Source: Octopus bimaculoides
Taxonomy: Eukaryota
Reading direction: 5' to 3'
DNA: 64,000 bases
Assembly: GCF_001194135.2 (NCBI RefSeq)
Contig: NC_068994.1
Coordinates: 59,544,865-59,608,864, forward strand
Every line of letters begins with the position of its first letter. The stretch's first letter is position 1. A program made the translations under genes and the position numbers. Below, piece by piece: positions 26,630 through 40,782 of this stretch. Under the pieces are notes generated by a model. It was not told the origin of the DNA. It did no database searches and saw only the letters and a list, made by a program, of their open reading frames with translations.

Positions 26630-27170
26630 GTTTGCCTGTGTACCCATCTCTCCTGATGGTAGCTGCAATCCTCTGCAGGCTGCTTTCTTCCCTCTTTTCA
26701 TATTAAGTACTGAGCATTTGGTAATCCCAAATTCCATACCGATGCCCCTACCGCACTTCTGGACTGTTTTGGTTAAGGAATCTATCTGTTTTTCAGATTT
26801 CCCAGACAATTTCAGGCCATCCATAAACAGAAGATGGTTCAATGATGGGCCTTTCTTCCCACATCGTTAACCAATCTTAACTTTCCCAAGTATCATTGTT
26901 ATGGGTATTAGTGCAATTACAAAAAGTAACGGTGAAAACGAATCACATTGGAAGATTCCCCTTTTAATATTAACTTCTCCAAGGAATACATTACTTGAGT
27001 ACAATTTGGTTTTCCACCCTTTCATGCAATGCATCAGAAAATTTGTGACGTTGTCAGCAACACCAAGCATCTGCAGGAATTCAACGATCCAAGGATGAGG
27101 CATCATATCATATGCCTTCTTAAAGTCAATCCAAGCCATAAACATGTTTGTACGATGTTTGTACGATGGT
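26630..27170 (-). mobile_element. R4/Dong-clade RT fragment
   Basis: MAWIDFKKAYDMMPHPWI...NIKRGIFQCDSFSPLLFVIALIP...NHLLFMDGLKL...GMEFGITKC...KRGK. Confidence 0.9.
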
Positions 27171-28327
27171 GTTAAAGACAAATCCATAGTAATGCGGACG
27201 ATAGCAAAATCTGTTAAAGCAATAAGTTTGCCGTTTAATAAAATAAAGGGACATAAAATAGAAAGAGAAAATTAGAGGTTAGTCAATAAGGCAAATACAC
27301 CATTTTTAGGGGGTTTTTGCTTGTTTCTTCAATCGACCACCTTTTAGGGTTCACGTGACTATGATGGTGGAGGTGATGGTTGTTAATTGGTGGTGCTGCG
27401 GAAAGTGATTGTGGATAGGTAAGTAATAGCAATAATGATGCTGGTGGTGGAGGAGGTGATGATGGTAGTGTGGTGGTAGTCATGATGACCGTGATGGCGT
27501 TGAAGATGGTGGGAGGTGGCGGTAGGTGGGTGAAGAAGATGGGCTATTAACAGGAGAGGTTGGGGTTTGTAGGATGGTGTTTGTGAGGATGGTAGCGGTG
27601 GTGGTAAGAGTCAAGATTGTACGAGTGATAAATGTTATGTTACTGCTATCAACGGTAGTGGCAGTAAAATTGGTACTAATGGTGTTAGTGGTGGTAGAAG
27701 AGACTGTTGTTGTTGCTGTTGTTGTGGTGGTGGTGGTGGTGATGGTGGTGGTGGTGATAGTGGCGGAGGCGGTGGTGATATTGAAATATTGCCACTATCC
27801 AGGCAAGATTAGGTCAAGAAGGTAATTAATAGAAATTAATCTATTCCAATTAAGAGTCGACAGGTGGGAATGATGATGGTGACGANNNNNNNNNNNNNNN
27901 NNNNNNNNNNNNNNNNNNNNNNNNNNNNNNNNNNNNNNNNNNNNNNNNNNNNNNNNNNNNNNNNNNNNNNNNNNNNNNNNNNNNNNNNNNNNNNNNNNNN
28001 NNNNNNNNNNNNNNNNNNNNNNNNNNNNNNNNNNNNNNNNNNNNNNNNNNNNNNNNNNNNNNNNNNNNNNNNNNNNNNNNNNNNNNNNNNNNNNNNNNNN
28101 NNNNNNNNNNNNNNNNNNNNNNNNNNNNNNNNNNNNNNNNNNNNNNNNNNNNNNNNNNNNNNNNNNNNNNNGTCGAAGGATTGATGGTCGAGGCAACGTT
28201 AGGGGTGGGGTAATGTGTGTATACTTTACTGCGTGTTAGCATGTGTGTGTGTGAGCGTGTGTTAGTGTGTGTTAGTGTGTTTGTATTACTGTGTATATTA
28301 GTATCAGCTTGTATGTGTGTGCGTGTG

Positions 28328-28367
<40 letters not shown>

Positions 28368-31300
28368 TGTTAGTGTACACCTCATTATTATTGAAATTCA
28401 ATGTATGTCGTTATTGGTGATTATTAATCGATATATAGATCAAACTATCTGATGATGGGTGGATGTAATGCGTGTAAGATACAAGTTATTACGTACAGGT
28501 ATACACATACGCATACACGCACAGACACAACACACACACATACACGCATACACACATACGCGCACGCATACATGTCATTCTACATACAAGCACACATTTA
28601 TTTAGACACATGCGCATATCCGTATATAGTCATGTACACACATACACACAAAGACATACAATACATACACATACATGCACAAGCACACACACATCCATAA
28701 GCATACAAATACACACATCAATATACAGACATGGACACAATTACCTACACCACATACACATACACATTCATACATGCACGCATATCCATATATAGACATA
28801 CACATATATACAACCACTCATACACGTATATATATATATTTGCGAAAAGAAATTTAGGTAACGGATCTTCGTCGCCGTCGACGTTGAATGTTTCAGTCGT
28901 TCATTCAACAGAACTGATAGTGAAAGTGACCGGACATTCCAAAGACTCCTGCAAACTTGACATAATCTACAAATGCACAGCGTGACACAGCATGTGGCAC
29001 AAGATGTGACACAGAATGTGACAAGGCAGTCCACGTGAGCGACTGTGGTCTGCGTAGGCATTGATGGTTTGAAGCTCACCAAAAGGGGTGTATCTCAGAG
29101 AGCGGCACTAAGATGGTTCGTATATCCTGTTGGTAGGTACCGCAGATTGGCAGGGAATGGTCAGTCTTTCACGGGGGCAAAAGTCGCAGAGAGCCATTTC
29201 AAACTATTTTATATAATAATATATGTAACTCCTACTAAATTGTTGGTACAATTGGTTACAATTGGTTACAATTACTGCCCATATACGAATTCTAAACTTT
29301 CGTCAAAGGGAATTCTTTCACGAAATACGGTTCTTAGAATTCCGATATGAGCAGTTATAAAAACCTTGATTTTTGGGAAATTACTCAGTGTTCGTAGGAT
29401 TGTTACTAAACTCCACGACACTCACTCCTTGAGATATTGGCTATTTTTTATGCCATGTCTATGATAAAAATCCAACAAGACTTATTTGAATTGTTGTGAA
29501 CTCTAGTAGTTAGTATGAAGGATTAGCTAGTGTGAATTTTAAGTCGTAATTCTCTACGACAAAATGACTTTACTTTCCAATTGTACTATAAATGCTAAAT
29601 GTACATAAATAAACTAATGTAGCAATTATTTTCTCTTTCTTCACGTTCTTCAACTTGTTAATGAAATTTATTTCTGCAATTATGAAACTCTGTATTTTTT
29701 ATAGCGGTTAAAAGAACACGAATTTGTTTATCTTCAACATACATGCACGCATAAAATGTCCGTTAGCATTTCTGAGTATATATTTCTTGCTATGGCGTTT
29801 ATGTAGCTGGAGTCAGAATTTACGTATAATGATAACACTTAGAAGTTCTATGTGACGTGTTTATCAATGTATATTCCTACTTCGAAAGTAAAATATATTT
29901 ATTATTATCTATTTCCAAATAGGAAACATAAAAGTAGTGTTATACAAACAGTAACTAAACCGGCTATAAAAGCAGCAACATGAAATAAAGTGTTTTGCTA
30001 AAAAAACAAAAAAATAAAATAGCGTGCCACTCATTCGAGAGTCGAATCCACAACACTCTAACCACTAGGCCATGCACGTTTTTTAAAAATATATTATATA
30101 TTATTTTATTATTTGTTATTATCGCAACTAATGGCGTAGTAGAGAGAAAAAGAGAAGCAGGCTCCCCGCGTGAGAAATATTACATTACTGATTCAGTAAT
30201 TTAGACAAAGTAAAAACAAAACAGTTGTTTGATTTTGTTATGTAACTAGCTGGTCATTTCCGTTGGACGAGAACAAACGTATCTCTTTCACCAGCTTTGA
30301 TCAACTCTGGTATGGAACATGCAAAAGTGCTTTTTTAACGTAAAACTTTCGCTGACGAAATTGTACCGGAAGTCAATTACAACCCGGATGTTAAAGAATA
30401 TATATCTGTATAAATAAAAATCATTTNNNNNNNNNNNNNNNNNNNNNNNNNNNNNNNNNNNNNNNNNNNNNNNNNNNNNNNNNNNNNNNNNNNNNNNNNN
30501 NNNNNNNNNNNNNNNNNNNNNNNNNNNNNNNNNNNNNNNNNNNNNNNNNNNNNNNNNNNNNNNNNNNNNNNNNNNNNNNNNNNNNNNNNNNNNNNNNNNN
30601 NNNNNNNNNNNNNNNNNNNNNNNNNNNNNNNNNNNNNNNNNNNNNNNNNNNNNNNNNNNNNNNNNNNNNNNNNNNNNNNNNNNNNNNNNNNNNNNNNNNN
30701 NNNNNNNNNNNNNNNNNNNNNNNNNNNNNNNNNNNNNNNNNNNNNNNNNNNNNNNNNNNNNNNNNNNNNNNNNNNNNNNNNNNNNNNNNNNNNNNNNNNN
30801 NNNNNNNNNNNNNNNNNNNNNNNNNNNNNNNNNNNNNNNNNNNNNNNNNNNNNNNNNNNNNNNNNNNNNNNNNNNNNNNNNNNNNNNNNNNNNNNNNNNN
30901 NNNNNNNNNNNNNNNNNNNNNNNNNNNNNNNNNNNNNNNNNNNNNNNNNNNNNNNNNNNNNNNNNNNNNNNNNNNNNNNNGGTTAAAGCAAATTTAAAAT
31001 GAAAAAAGCAAATAAAACGAAGGTATGGAGATTAAATACGCTTTACATCGCTTAATCAGTCAAAGGAGTAAATATAAACAACTGAATACTTGTCAGTGAT
31101 TGGTTGAAATTATCGAAATAAGACAATTTTTTACATGAAATAAATTCGAATACAAAAATATTTTTCTGTTCTATAACACAAAATAGATAAGTATACGAAG
31201 TTTGGAAGTCTTTCCGTACCAAAAACACTACGTAAAACATTAATGAAAAATGTGGCCCCCGTTTTAAAATAGATCCACTGCCCGCCCCTAAGTTTTACGA

Positions 31301-31485
31301 AAACAGATTCTGTTAATGAAACCATAAAGTTAAGTGATTTATAAGCAATATGTTCACATATTATCCAACATGTGTCTCCTTTAAGATGTTTGCTTGGACT
31401 AATAGTCTCTAAAAGGCCAGCAATTTTATGGGGAAGTGTGGGGGGTTGTTGGTTATATCGACCACAGTGCTCAACTGGTACTATT

Positions 31486-32009
31486 TGTAAGGGACCGTGT
31501 GCGATGCGAGGTGACAGGAATGGCTCTTTACTACATCACACGGTCGATACAATAAATATAGATTGAATAGTACATGTAAGTGCCAGAGAGAAAAGGGAGA
31601 CACAACCGAGTAGAATGGTTAAGAGAACATTTATTGCTATATAAACATGTGTGCTGTGTGTGCGACATGTATACAGAATAATAGACAGGCCGTCATGAGA
31701 GTTAAGAACGTGTGTGTTGGAGACAGTGAAGAGCCTATAGCCATCGAAGTGAGAAGTTCATAGACACAAGGAAGAGAATACCAGTTCGTAGTCAATTGTA
31801 CACGGTAGTTGAAATACTGTATCAAAAAGTTGCGGCCACAATGCTGAGCCGGTTACAGGTACGTGGCGTGTGTGAAGTTGTGGCTGTGATGCTGCTGCCT
31901 GGGTCACTTGGTACAGGAATTCTTGCAGGTTTTATATTCGCTGTGAACTATTGAAATCTGGGCGAGTTGCTGGCTGAGTTGTGCACGTGAAGAGATGACG
32001 TTGACCACA
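31486..32009 (-). mobile_element. Probable solo LTR
   Basis: On the minus strand it starts TGT and ends ACA (524 bp), with a TATAAAA (~31930-31936) followed by AATAAA (31630-31635) in U3-R-U5 order. TSD ambiguous. Confidence 0.5.
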
Positions 32010-32462
32010 TGGTAAAAAAAAAGAAAAGCGGTTGTGAAACACTAGTTTAGAGTGTCACGTATGTAATATGGCGAGATGGAAAACTTTGATAAAATGAGAC
32101 TGTTCGCTCAATTAGTTGACAAAACCTCCCTTTGTGACCGTTTCAAATATAGAAACAATTAAAACCTCCTACACGGCTGATCCTATAGGAGTGATGTCCC
32201 TTGCTTATTGGCCTTAGATTTTAAATACTCTTACAGGAAGTTTTCGTCTAGTAATTGCATAGGTAGCCTTATTATATGACATATATCGTATGTATCATAT
32301 CCACTGAAGTATTTACTTTCAGCTTTCGTTTCCCAGACTTCATCTCCAAAGTCAAGACTCAATTTCAAAAACCAGGAAAAAGGCCACCCGACCTTCTCAT
32401 AGAAAAAAGTACATCCACCATGGCACCCGTGTGTATGTGTGTGTGTGTGTGTNNNNNNNNNN

Positions 32463-32502
<40 letters not shown>

Positions 32503-33969
32503 CGCGTGTGTCACTTCTTTTCTGTCTTTACCTCGAAATGTCAGGCCAAGTTTCCCATATCTTTTTCGTAGTCGTCGTCATCATCATCAGCATCATCATC
32601 ATTAGCATCACCTCCACAATCTCTACCATCACCACTCCTCCTCCTCACTCCCCACATCATTATCACGCCTATACCTACCTACCTACCCACCTACCTACCT
32701 ACCTACCTACCTACCTATCTATCTATCATCATCATCATCATCATCATCATCATTATCGTCACTTAAATATTTCATATCCCTCTCGAATGACAACTCATTT
32801 TCTTCCTTCCCATCGTCCCTTCTTTCACGTCCTCATTCCCTTCCTCCCTTTTCTCTGTCCCTCCCTACTCTTTCCTTTTCCCCTTCCTCCCTCACACACT
32901 CCTCCCCCTTTCTTTCACTCCCCCATTATGTCATGTGACCAGACGACCGTGAAAATAATCCAAATGCCGGTTCCAGCAGTCGACCAATTAATTACTTTTG
33001 TTTTGTACTGGACGACACCGTTGGCAGCTAATGTGTGCGTGTGTGTGTGTGTGTGTGTGCATGTGTGTGTGCGTGCGTGCGTGTGTGTGTGTGTGCGTGT
33101 GTGTGTGTAATTTGCATAACCAAATTGACAAAGAAACTGTCTCAAGAAACGGAAAAGTTTATTAGAAACATATTTGTTTTGTGATTTAGAAAAGAGTTCT
33201 GTTGAGATCAACCGAAGNNNNNNNNNNNNNNNNNNNNNNNNNNNNNNNNNNNNNNNNNNNNNNNNNNNNNNNNNNNNNNNNNNNNNNNNNNNNNNNNNNN
33301 NNNNNNNNNNNNNNNNNNNNNNNNNNNNNNNNNNNNNNNNNNNNNNNNNNNNNNNNNNNNNNNNNNNNNNNNNNNNNNNNNNNNNNNNNNNNNNNNNNNN
33401 NNNNNNNNNNNNNNNNNNNNNNNNNNNNNNNNNNNNNNNNNNNNNNNNNNNNNNNNNNNNNNNNNNNNNNNNNNNNNNNNNNNNNNNNNNNNNNNNNNNN
33501 NNNNNNNNNNNNNNNNNNNNNNNNNNNNNNNNNNNNNNNNNNNNNNNNNNNNNNNNNNNNNNNNNNNNNNNNNNNNNNNNNNNNNNNNNNNNNNNNNNNN
33601 NNNNNNNNNNNNNNNNNNNNNNNNNNNNNNNNNNNNNNNNNNNNNNNNNNNNNNNNNNNNNNNNNNNNNNNNNNNNNNNNNNNNNNNNNNNNNNNNNNNN
33701 NNNNNNNNNNNNNNNNNNNNNNNNNNNNNNNNNNNNNNNNNNNNNNNNNNNNNNNNNNNNNNNNNNNNNNNNNNNNNNNNNNNNNNNNNNNNNNNNNNNN
33801 NNNNNNNNNNNNNNNNNNNNNNNNNNNNNNNNNNNNNNNNNNNNNNNNNNNNNNNNNNNNNNNNNNNNNNNNNNNNNNNNNNNNNNNNNNNNNNNNNNNN
33901 NNNNNNNNNNNNNNNNNNNNNNNNNNNNNNNNNNNNNNNNNNAAACAGCTAGTAACTGATAATTCTGAT

Positions 33970-35046
33970 TTAATACTTCGTAGCATAACTATTATTCAGT
34001 TCCACTTCAACCAATCTCTTCTTGTAGTTCTTAATCAATGACTCGCATGTTTCTTTAGGAATTTTTCCCATTCTTCTTGACAAATTTTCTTCAAATCTGG
34101 AATGCACATTGGGGCTCTTGAATCAATTTTAATTTTCAAATAATGCCACAAATTTTCAATGGGGTTCAAGTCAGGTGACTGGCTTGGCCATTCTAATAAT
34201 TTTATATTGTGATTGACAATCCATTTTTGGTAGACTTCGCCGTGTGCTTAGGGTCGTTATCCTGTTGTAAAACTCACCCTTCACAAAGCTTTTCTTTGAG
34301 CTTTTCTACAGAGTTCCATGAATTATTGTTCAAAATATTTTGGTACATCTCTGCATTCATTCTACCATCTATCACATGTAAATTGCCAGTGCCATTTGCA
34401 GAGAAACACCCCTACACAATGATGTTGCCACCTCCAAACTTTACAGTAGGAATTTTGTTTTCGATACTTCACTTCATTTTTCTTAATGATCTAGGGGAAA
34501 TCTTGCGTGGTGCACCGGATCTTATTCTGTTTTCAACAGTTCCCGATTTTTTATATCTTTGAATAAATGAAGATATGGTAGAAAATGGAATACAAAGGGT
34601 CTCTGATATTTTCCTGTAGCTTTTACCTTTTTTCCACTGTTCAATAATTAAGTTTTTCACTGAATTTGTGAGTTCTTTACTTTTCGCCATTATTACGGCA
34701 CTACTTTATGTTGTCTCAGTGCTGAATGAAGAAGCTAGCGTTTTAAAATTTAAAAATGACCACTGATAAGATTATTGGAAAAAACGAGAAAGTTTTAGTA
34801 AAAGAAAATTATTATTTTAACAGTATTCTGTGGCATAAATTTATTCTGTACGAATACTTTTGTCACCCCTAAATATTTATAATTGTATATAAATTCATTA
34901 GTTACTATAATTTATTAGTTTATTTTGCATATTCTTAGTTTATGCATGTGTATGCAAATATAGTATTGGTATATCCCATTTATGTTCATTAGAAATTAAA
35001 TAAATAAAGAATTTTGACATGTACGAAGATTTATTTACCCCCACTG
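33970..35046 (-). mobile_element. Tc1 (DD34E) transposon with internal deletion
   Basis: MAKSKELTNSVKNLIIEQWKKGKSYRKIS..RSGAPRKIS, a jump to PTVKFGGGNI, then QQDNDPKHT...WPSQSPDLNPIENLW (D34E spacing) and ..YATKY*. Terminus TA|CAGTGGGGGTAAAT at 35046; the other end probably lies in the N gap. Confidence 0.92.
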
Positions 35047-35084
35047 TATATATCTACTCGTGTGTTCCTCTTCAACCTTTTACG

Positions 35085-35156
<72 letters not shown>

Positions 35157-36539
35157 CATGCATGTGTAAAGGACTTCTTTCAGGGTGCCACGCATATCCA
35201 TGTTTATTATAGTGTTACATTATATTGATATTGTATCATTATCATCTCCGTTTAACGTCCACTTTTTCGTGCTTGCATGGATTAGATGGAATTTGCAGAG
35301 GCGGCACTCTGTGTCACCGACCTCCACATTTTCCCAAGAAACATAGTATTGTTTATGTTTTCTTGGAAAATTCGAAACAAAGGACACTGCCTGCATAATG
35401 GTGACATGCACTACAGGTACAAGGAGACAATAACTACGCCCCCGCCACATACACACATGTATAGATTATTCGAAGAGGCGTGCAAAATTTATACCAATCT
35501 AGCAGAGGTTGTCTTCTTTTGTGCTGTTTTGTTATCGAAATGTGAATGTGTATAGAAAATAAAAATAAAACAGAAAGAGAAAAGAGGAAAGAAGGAAGGA
35601 GAGGAAGAAGGAAGGGGAGGAAGAAGGAAGGGGAGAAAGAAGGAGAGGAAGAAAGAGTGTCTTTTCGCTTTTTTCTTCTGTGAAATTGGCTTTTATTGTT
35701 ATATTTGAGGATGTTGTTTGTAGTTTTTTCACTGGTGGTTATATATATTCTTTTCTCTTTCAAACACACACACTTGTATATTAAAATATATATATATATT
35801 CTTTTCTCTTTCATATATATATATATATATATATATTATCGATTTTTGTACTTGGTTTGCAAGATTCTTTATGTGAATTCGTGTGTTGAAGCATTTATTA
35901 TTGCGTCTGGGGAGAGTCATTCTCTTTTAGTGCCTAATTACTCAACACATTCACCGGTTCGATTTCCACTTATTTTACTTATTTAATTTCTCTTCAATAT
36001 TCGTTGCCTCTTGCAACCTTTTCAATGGTCATCGACTCTGACCGTTCTCAGAGCTGCGTTCTTTTTGTTTGTTTGTGCGCATGAGTGTGCATCTGTATAC
36101 ACATATGTATGTATGTTTGTGTGTGTATGCATGTATGTGTCTGTATGTGTATGCATATAAATATGTATGCGTGTGTGTACGTTTGTATGTATGTATGTAT
36201 TCTGTATATTCATGTGTTTGTGTGTTCATGTGTGTGTGTGTGTGTGTGTGTGCGTTTGTATGTGTGTGTACCTCTGTCTCCTTGTGTGTACATGTTTGGA
36301 TGTATCTTTGTGTATGGGTTTGTGTGACTATGTATGTGCGTCTGTTATGTATGGATGTGTGACTCCACGTGTGTCCTCGCGTGTGTGTATATGGTCATCT
36401 GTTTCAGTCTTTATTTGTTTATATATGTGTGTGTGTGTGTGTGTGCTTAACTGTCCGTATTACCTATATATCTATCTATCTGTTTACTTACATATCCATT
36501 TACCTACACACACACACATATGTATATATATATGCATAT

Positions 36540-36578
<39 letters not shown>

Positions 36579-37020
36579 NNNNNNNNNNNNNNNNNNNNNN
36601 NNNNNNNNNNNNNNNNNNNNNNNNNNNNNNNNNNNNNNNNNNNNNNNNNNNNNNNNNNNNNNNNNNNNNNNNNNNNNNNNNNNNNNNNNNNNNNNNNNNN
36701 NNNNNNNNNNNNNNNNNNNNNNNNNNNNNNNNNNNNNNNNNNNNNNNNNNNNNNNNNNNNNNNNNNNNNNNNNNNNNNNNNNNNNNNNNNNNNNNNNNNN
36801 NNNNNNNNNNNNNNNNNNNNNNNNNNNNNNNNNNNNNNNNNNNNNNNNNNNNNNNNNNNNNNNNNNNNNNNNNNNNNNNNNNNNNNNNNNNNNNNNNNNN
36901 NNNNNNNNNNNNNNNNNNNNNNNNNNNNNNNNNNNNNNNNNNNNNNNNNNNNNNNNNNNNNNNNNNNATATATATATATATATACATACACATAAACATA
37001 CATACATATTTATATACGTC

Positions 37021-37375
37021 TGTTGTTGGCACTCCGTCGCTTACGACGTCGAGGGTTCCAGTTGATCTGATCAACGGAACAGTCTGCTTGTGAAATTAAC
37101 GTGCAAGTGGCTGAGCACTCCACAGACACGTGTCCCCTTAACGTAGTTCTCGGGGATATTCAGCGTGACACAGTGTGACAAGGCTGGCCCTTTGGATTAC
37201 AGGTACAACAGAAACAGGAAGAAAGAGTGAGAGAAAGTTGTGGTGAAAGAATACAGCAGGGTTCGCCACCATCCCCTGCCAGAGCCTAAACACTCACAAC
37301 GCCCGGTCTGGGAATCGAAACCGCGATCCTATGACCGCGAGTCCGCTGCCCTAACCACTGGGCCATTTCGCCTCC
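37021..37375 (-). mobile_element. tRNA-derived SINE family C
   Basis: Head ggaggcgaaatggcccagtggttagggcagcggactcgcgg...ggtttcgattccc (boxes A and B). A related head with a different 3' half lies at 60420-60715 (-). Confidence 0.8.
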
Positions 37376-37479
37376 ATATACGTCTATATAACAGTCTGCA
37401 AGCAACTGTATATGTGTATATATAAAAAGTTGGTATTGGGGTATGTCTACCTTCTACGTATATTTCTTAATTAGTACTG

Positions 37480-37880
37480 GGGATGTTTCATTTATGGGGA
37501 CGTACTCCTGCATTTGTCTCAGTATTGGGTCCTTCGGGTCTATGGATAAAATGCGGGTGTCACCTTGACCCCAGTGTGACTCCATGTTGGTCTTTGGCAT
37601 GTTGGCTGAATATGGAGGACTGTTTTTTTTTTTTTGTCGCCATACTCTCTCAAATATCCATTTAGTCTCTCCGCAATGCTCCTAGATGTCTCACATATGT
37701 ATATATCATGCTCTTCTCTTTACAAGCCACAGTTAATGCCAGGGATAACATTACTTACCTTGCAGTTATCATTGGTGCATGTGATATTCTCAAAGGGACA
37801 CGTCCTGCATATATATATGTCTAAGCTGAGGTGAAGACAGCATGTTCTCTGTCCATCTCCTTACCTTCTTGGAGGTTTTA
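37480..37880 (-). mobile_element. Penelope-like GIY-YIG endonuclease remnant
   Basis: CRTCPF...CKVSNV..GINCGL...ETSRSIAERLNGYLREY...SSIFSQHAKDQHG, the ETSRS..ER..EH pattern; frameshifted. Confidence 0.6.
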
Positions 37881-38362
37881 GGTAAAATTATACTAATGTA
37901 TCCATCTGTTTTAATTCAATAAAATTCCATGACTTTATGCAGCTGAGGATTGCTCTGCATTTAAAATGAATGTAATGATTGCATTGTTCAATTAAATGGA
38001 GTTGCGTGAAACGATCGTACTGCATTACCTCTAGATATCCTTGTTGCTTATTTTGANNNNNNNNNNNNNNNNNNNNNNNNNNNNNNNNNNNNNNNNNNNN
38101 NNNNNNNNNNNNNNNNNNNNNNNNNNNNNNNNNNNNNNNNNNNNNNNNNNNNNNNNNNNNNNNNNNNNNNNNNNNNNNNNNNNNNNNNNNNNNNNNNNNN
38201 NNNNNNNNNNNNNNNNNNNNNNNNNNNNNNNNNNNNNNNNNNNNNNNNNNNNNNNNNNNNNNNNNNNNNNNNNNNNNNNNNNNNNNNNNNNNNNNNNNNN
38301 NNNNNNNNNNNNNNNNNNNNNNNNNNNNNNNNNNNNNNNNNNNNNNNNNNNNNNNNNNNNNN

Positions 38363-38409
<47 letters not shown>

Positions 38410-38720
38410 GCATACATACAATCATATATATATATATATATATTCTTTCGTTTACATGTTTCAGTCATTTTGCTGTAGCCTTGCTGGAACATCGCTTTTA
38501 GTCGAACAAATCAACTCCAGGACTTATTCTTTGTAAGTCTAGTACTTATTGTATCAGTCCCTTTTTGTCGAACCTCTAGTTAACGGGGACGTAAACACAG
38601 CAACAAGGTCCGAGAGTTTCGTGCGTTGGCATGGATTTAATGAAAATGCTGAACTGAATTTCATTACTCATGCCTAATATCTCAAACCATGAGTCGCTAC
38701 TACTTCTCCTAAACATTGAT

Positions 38721-38794
<74 letters not shown>

Positions 38795-38859
38795 CATGTA
38801 TATACAAATATATAAAAACACTACGTTCATTATTATATTAGGAGATTATATTGTTACGA

Positions 38860-39305
38860 AGTAGATGCTAAAATTGCGTGTCCTGGCACAGCAATGCGCC
38901 AGCTCAAGCATTTGATTCTCAGACGAAGAGAGATTGACAATAAAAAAAAAGAAGCCAAACTTGCTATCCACAATTCTGTTTCGATCTCGAATAGAAGCGG
39001 CCAAAGTGATAGTTCAAAGATGGTTACTTCACTGCATTGAGAGGCATAGCTTCGGTTCAACAGAGACGTGGTTAGAATGTCGCTGAAAAGATTCTTCAAG
39101 TTGAACCAAACGACAGGAGGCTTAGGAGTATACTAAGAACGAAATGGTCGGATAGTATCCATAGTTTTAGTTGGTCATGCTTGGGAATGGAACATCAGGA
39201 AAGTGTAATGATTGTTGCTTTCTGAGAACCCTATGGAGGAGGTGCGTGAGAACTCTAAACCGACGACCATCTCGGGAAGAGTGGGCGAAGAAGTTGGATG
39301 GATAG
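38860..39305 (+). mobile_element. RTE-type LINE 3' end, decayed
   Basis: EVDAKIA....MRQLKHLI...; later TRTKWSDSIH..SWSCLG...LWRRCVRTL..RPSREEWAKK, like RTE C-termini. Confidence 0.55.
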
Positions 39306-39560
39306 AGATTTATGTTTACTAGTTCGTAGCTCTTTATTTATCAAACATCATATTTTCTTACTTCACACGAACATCTAAACAAATCTTCATAGAATTTTGG
39401 TTGTGTAGACTAATCTTATTTCTCTAATTAAAACTCGTTCAAAATTAATATGTGGATTTTATCTTCTTATTTTTATTTCTTTAATTTATTTTATTTCTTC
39501 ATTCTATCTCTTTTTCAGTGCATATATTTGCCTGAAATGTACCTTCAGTCTTTACCCGTC

Positions 39561-39592
<32 letters not shown>

Positions 39593-40357
39593 AGTCGTGG
39601 GTGGAAAAGAACTTCACATTCTTTTATTTTAAATCACTGATGTAATTTAAGTTATTTATGAGTCTGCAGAAAAGCGAGTGCTTCTTACCAGTTTTTAATA
39701 AAACAAGATTCATTTACTGCCATCAGTTTTACTTACTGCAATCAGATCCAGTGGCTGCGTTTAATTGAAGTCTACAAACCATGCTGCCTCGAACAGACTG
39801 TACTTGTTGCATGAGATCGCGCCAGGAAAGTAGACAGAAAAAAAAAAGGCTCTTCTAAAAATAGTTAAGATTATACGATAAGACCGAGTTGGCCAACTCA
39901 TAAATGCACAGAGTAATTGCGCATCTGAAAATCATATTTAATCTGGGGGTAACATGCCAGACAAGCAAAATACCTGGGTCTCGGGAGTAAATGAGTCCTT
40001 TTCAGTCCTTTTCACCGAATTGATCAAGCAATTATTTCCCTGTGGAATCAATATATACCATGTAAACGTGTATGTATGTATATGTGTGTGTATGTATGTA
40101 TATGTGTGTGTATGTGTGTGTGTATGTGTGTGTTTGTTGTTGTGTGTGTGTAAGCAAAAATGAGCTAAGAAAAATAACTCAAAATGGGTCAGTGGCATGT
40201 AGCTGAACAAAATAGATAGATACAGGTCTATCAAATACCGTACAACATAAATTCTTGATTTATCAAAATTATCGGAGTTAATTTTAATGCATCAATGATA
40301 AATCCTATAGAAGATGTATAATAATTACTGGATGGCAATTAAAACAAACTCAATTTT

Positions 40358-40397
<40 letters not shown>

Positions 40398-40733
40398 TAT
40401 ATACACACGCACACATACATATATATATACATATGTACATACATACATACACACATACATGCATACATACATGCACACATACATGCATACATACATACGT
40501 ACATAAATACACACGCACGCACACACACACATGCTTTTTTCGTACACATATACACATGTGTGTTCACACGCGTGCACACAGATCGTTCACAATAGGAAAG
40601 GTTCTACTTCAACTGAACAGAAAATTTGTTATTTCGCCAAAATTGGATTTTGTAAAAAATTCCTAAGCAAGGATTAAATGTATGTATATATGTAAATATG
40701 TATGTGCGTGTTTATATATATATATGTGTGTGT

Positions 40734-40782
<49 letters not shown>

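Noticed and set aside
37755-37830. TRAF-zinc-finger-like exon CRTCPFENITCTNDNCK followed by GTAAGT (minus strand)
   Set aside because: The reading continues into a GIY-YIG ETSRS..ERL motif, so it is better explained as a Penelope-like endonuclease remnant.
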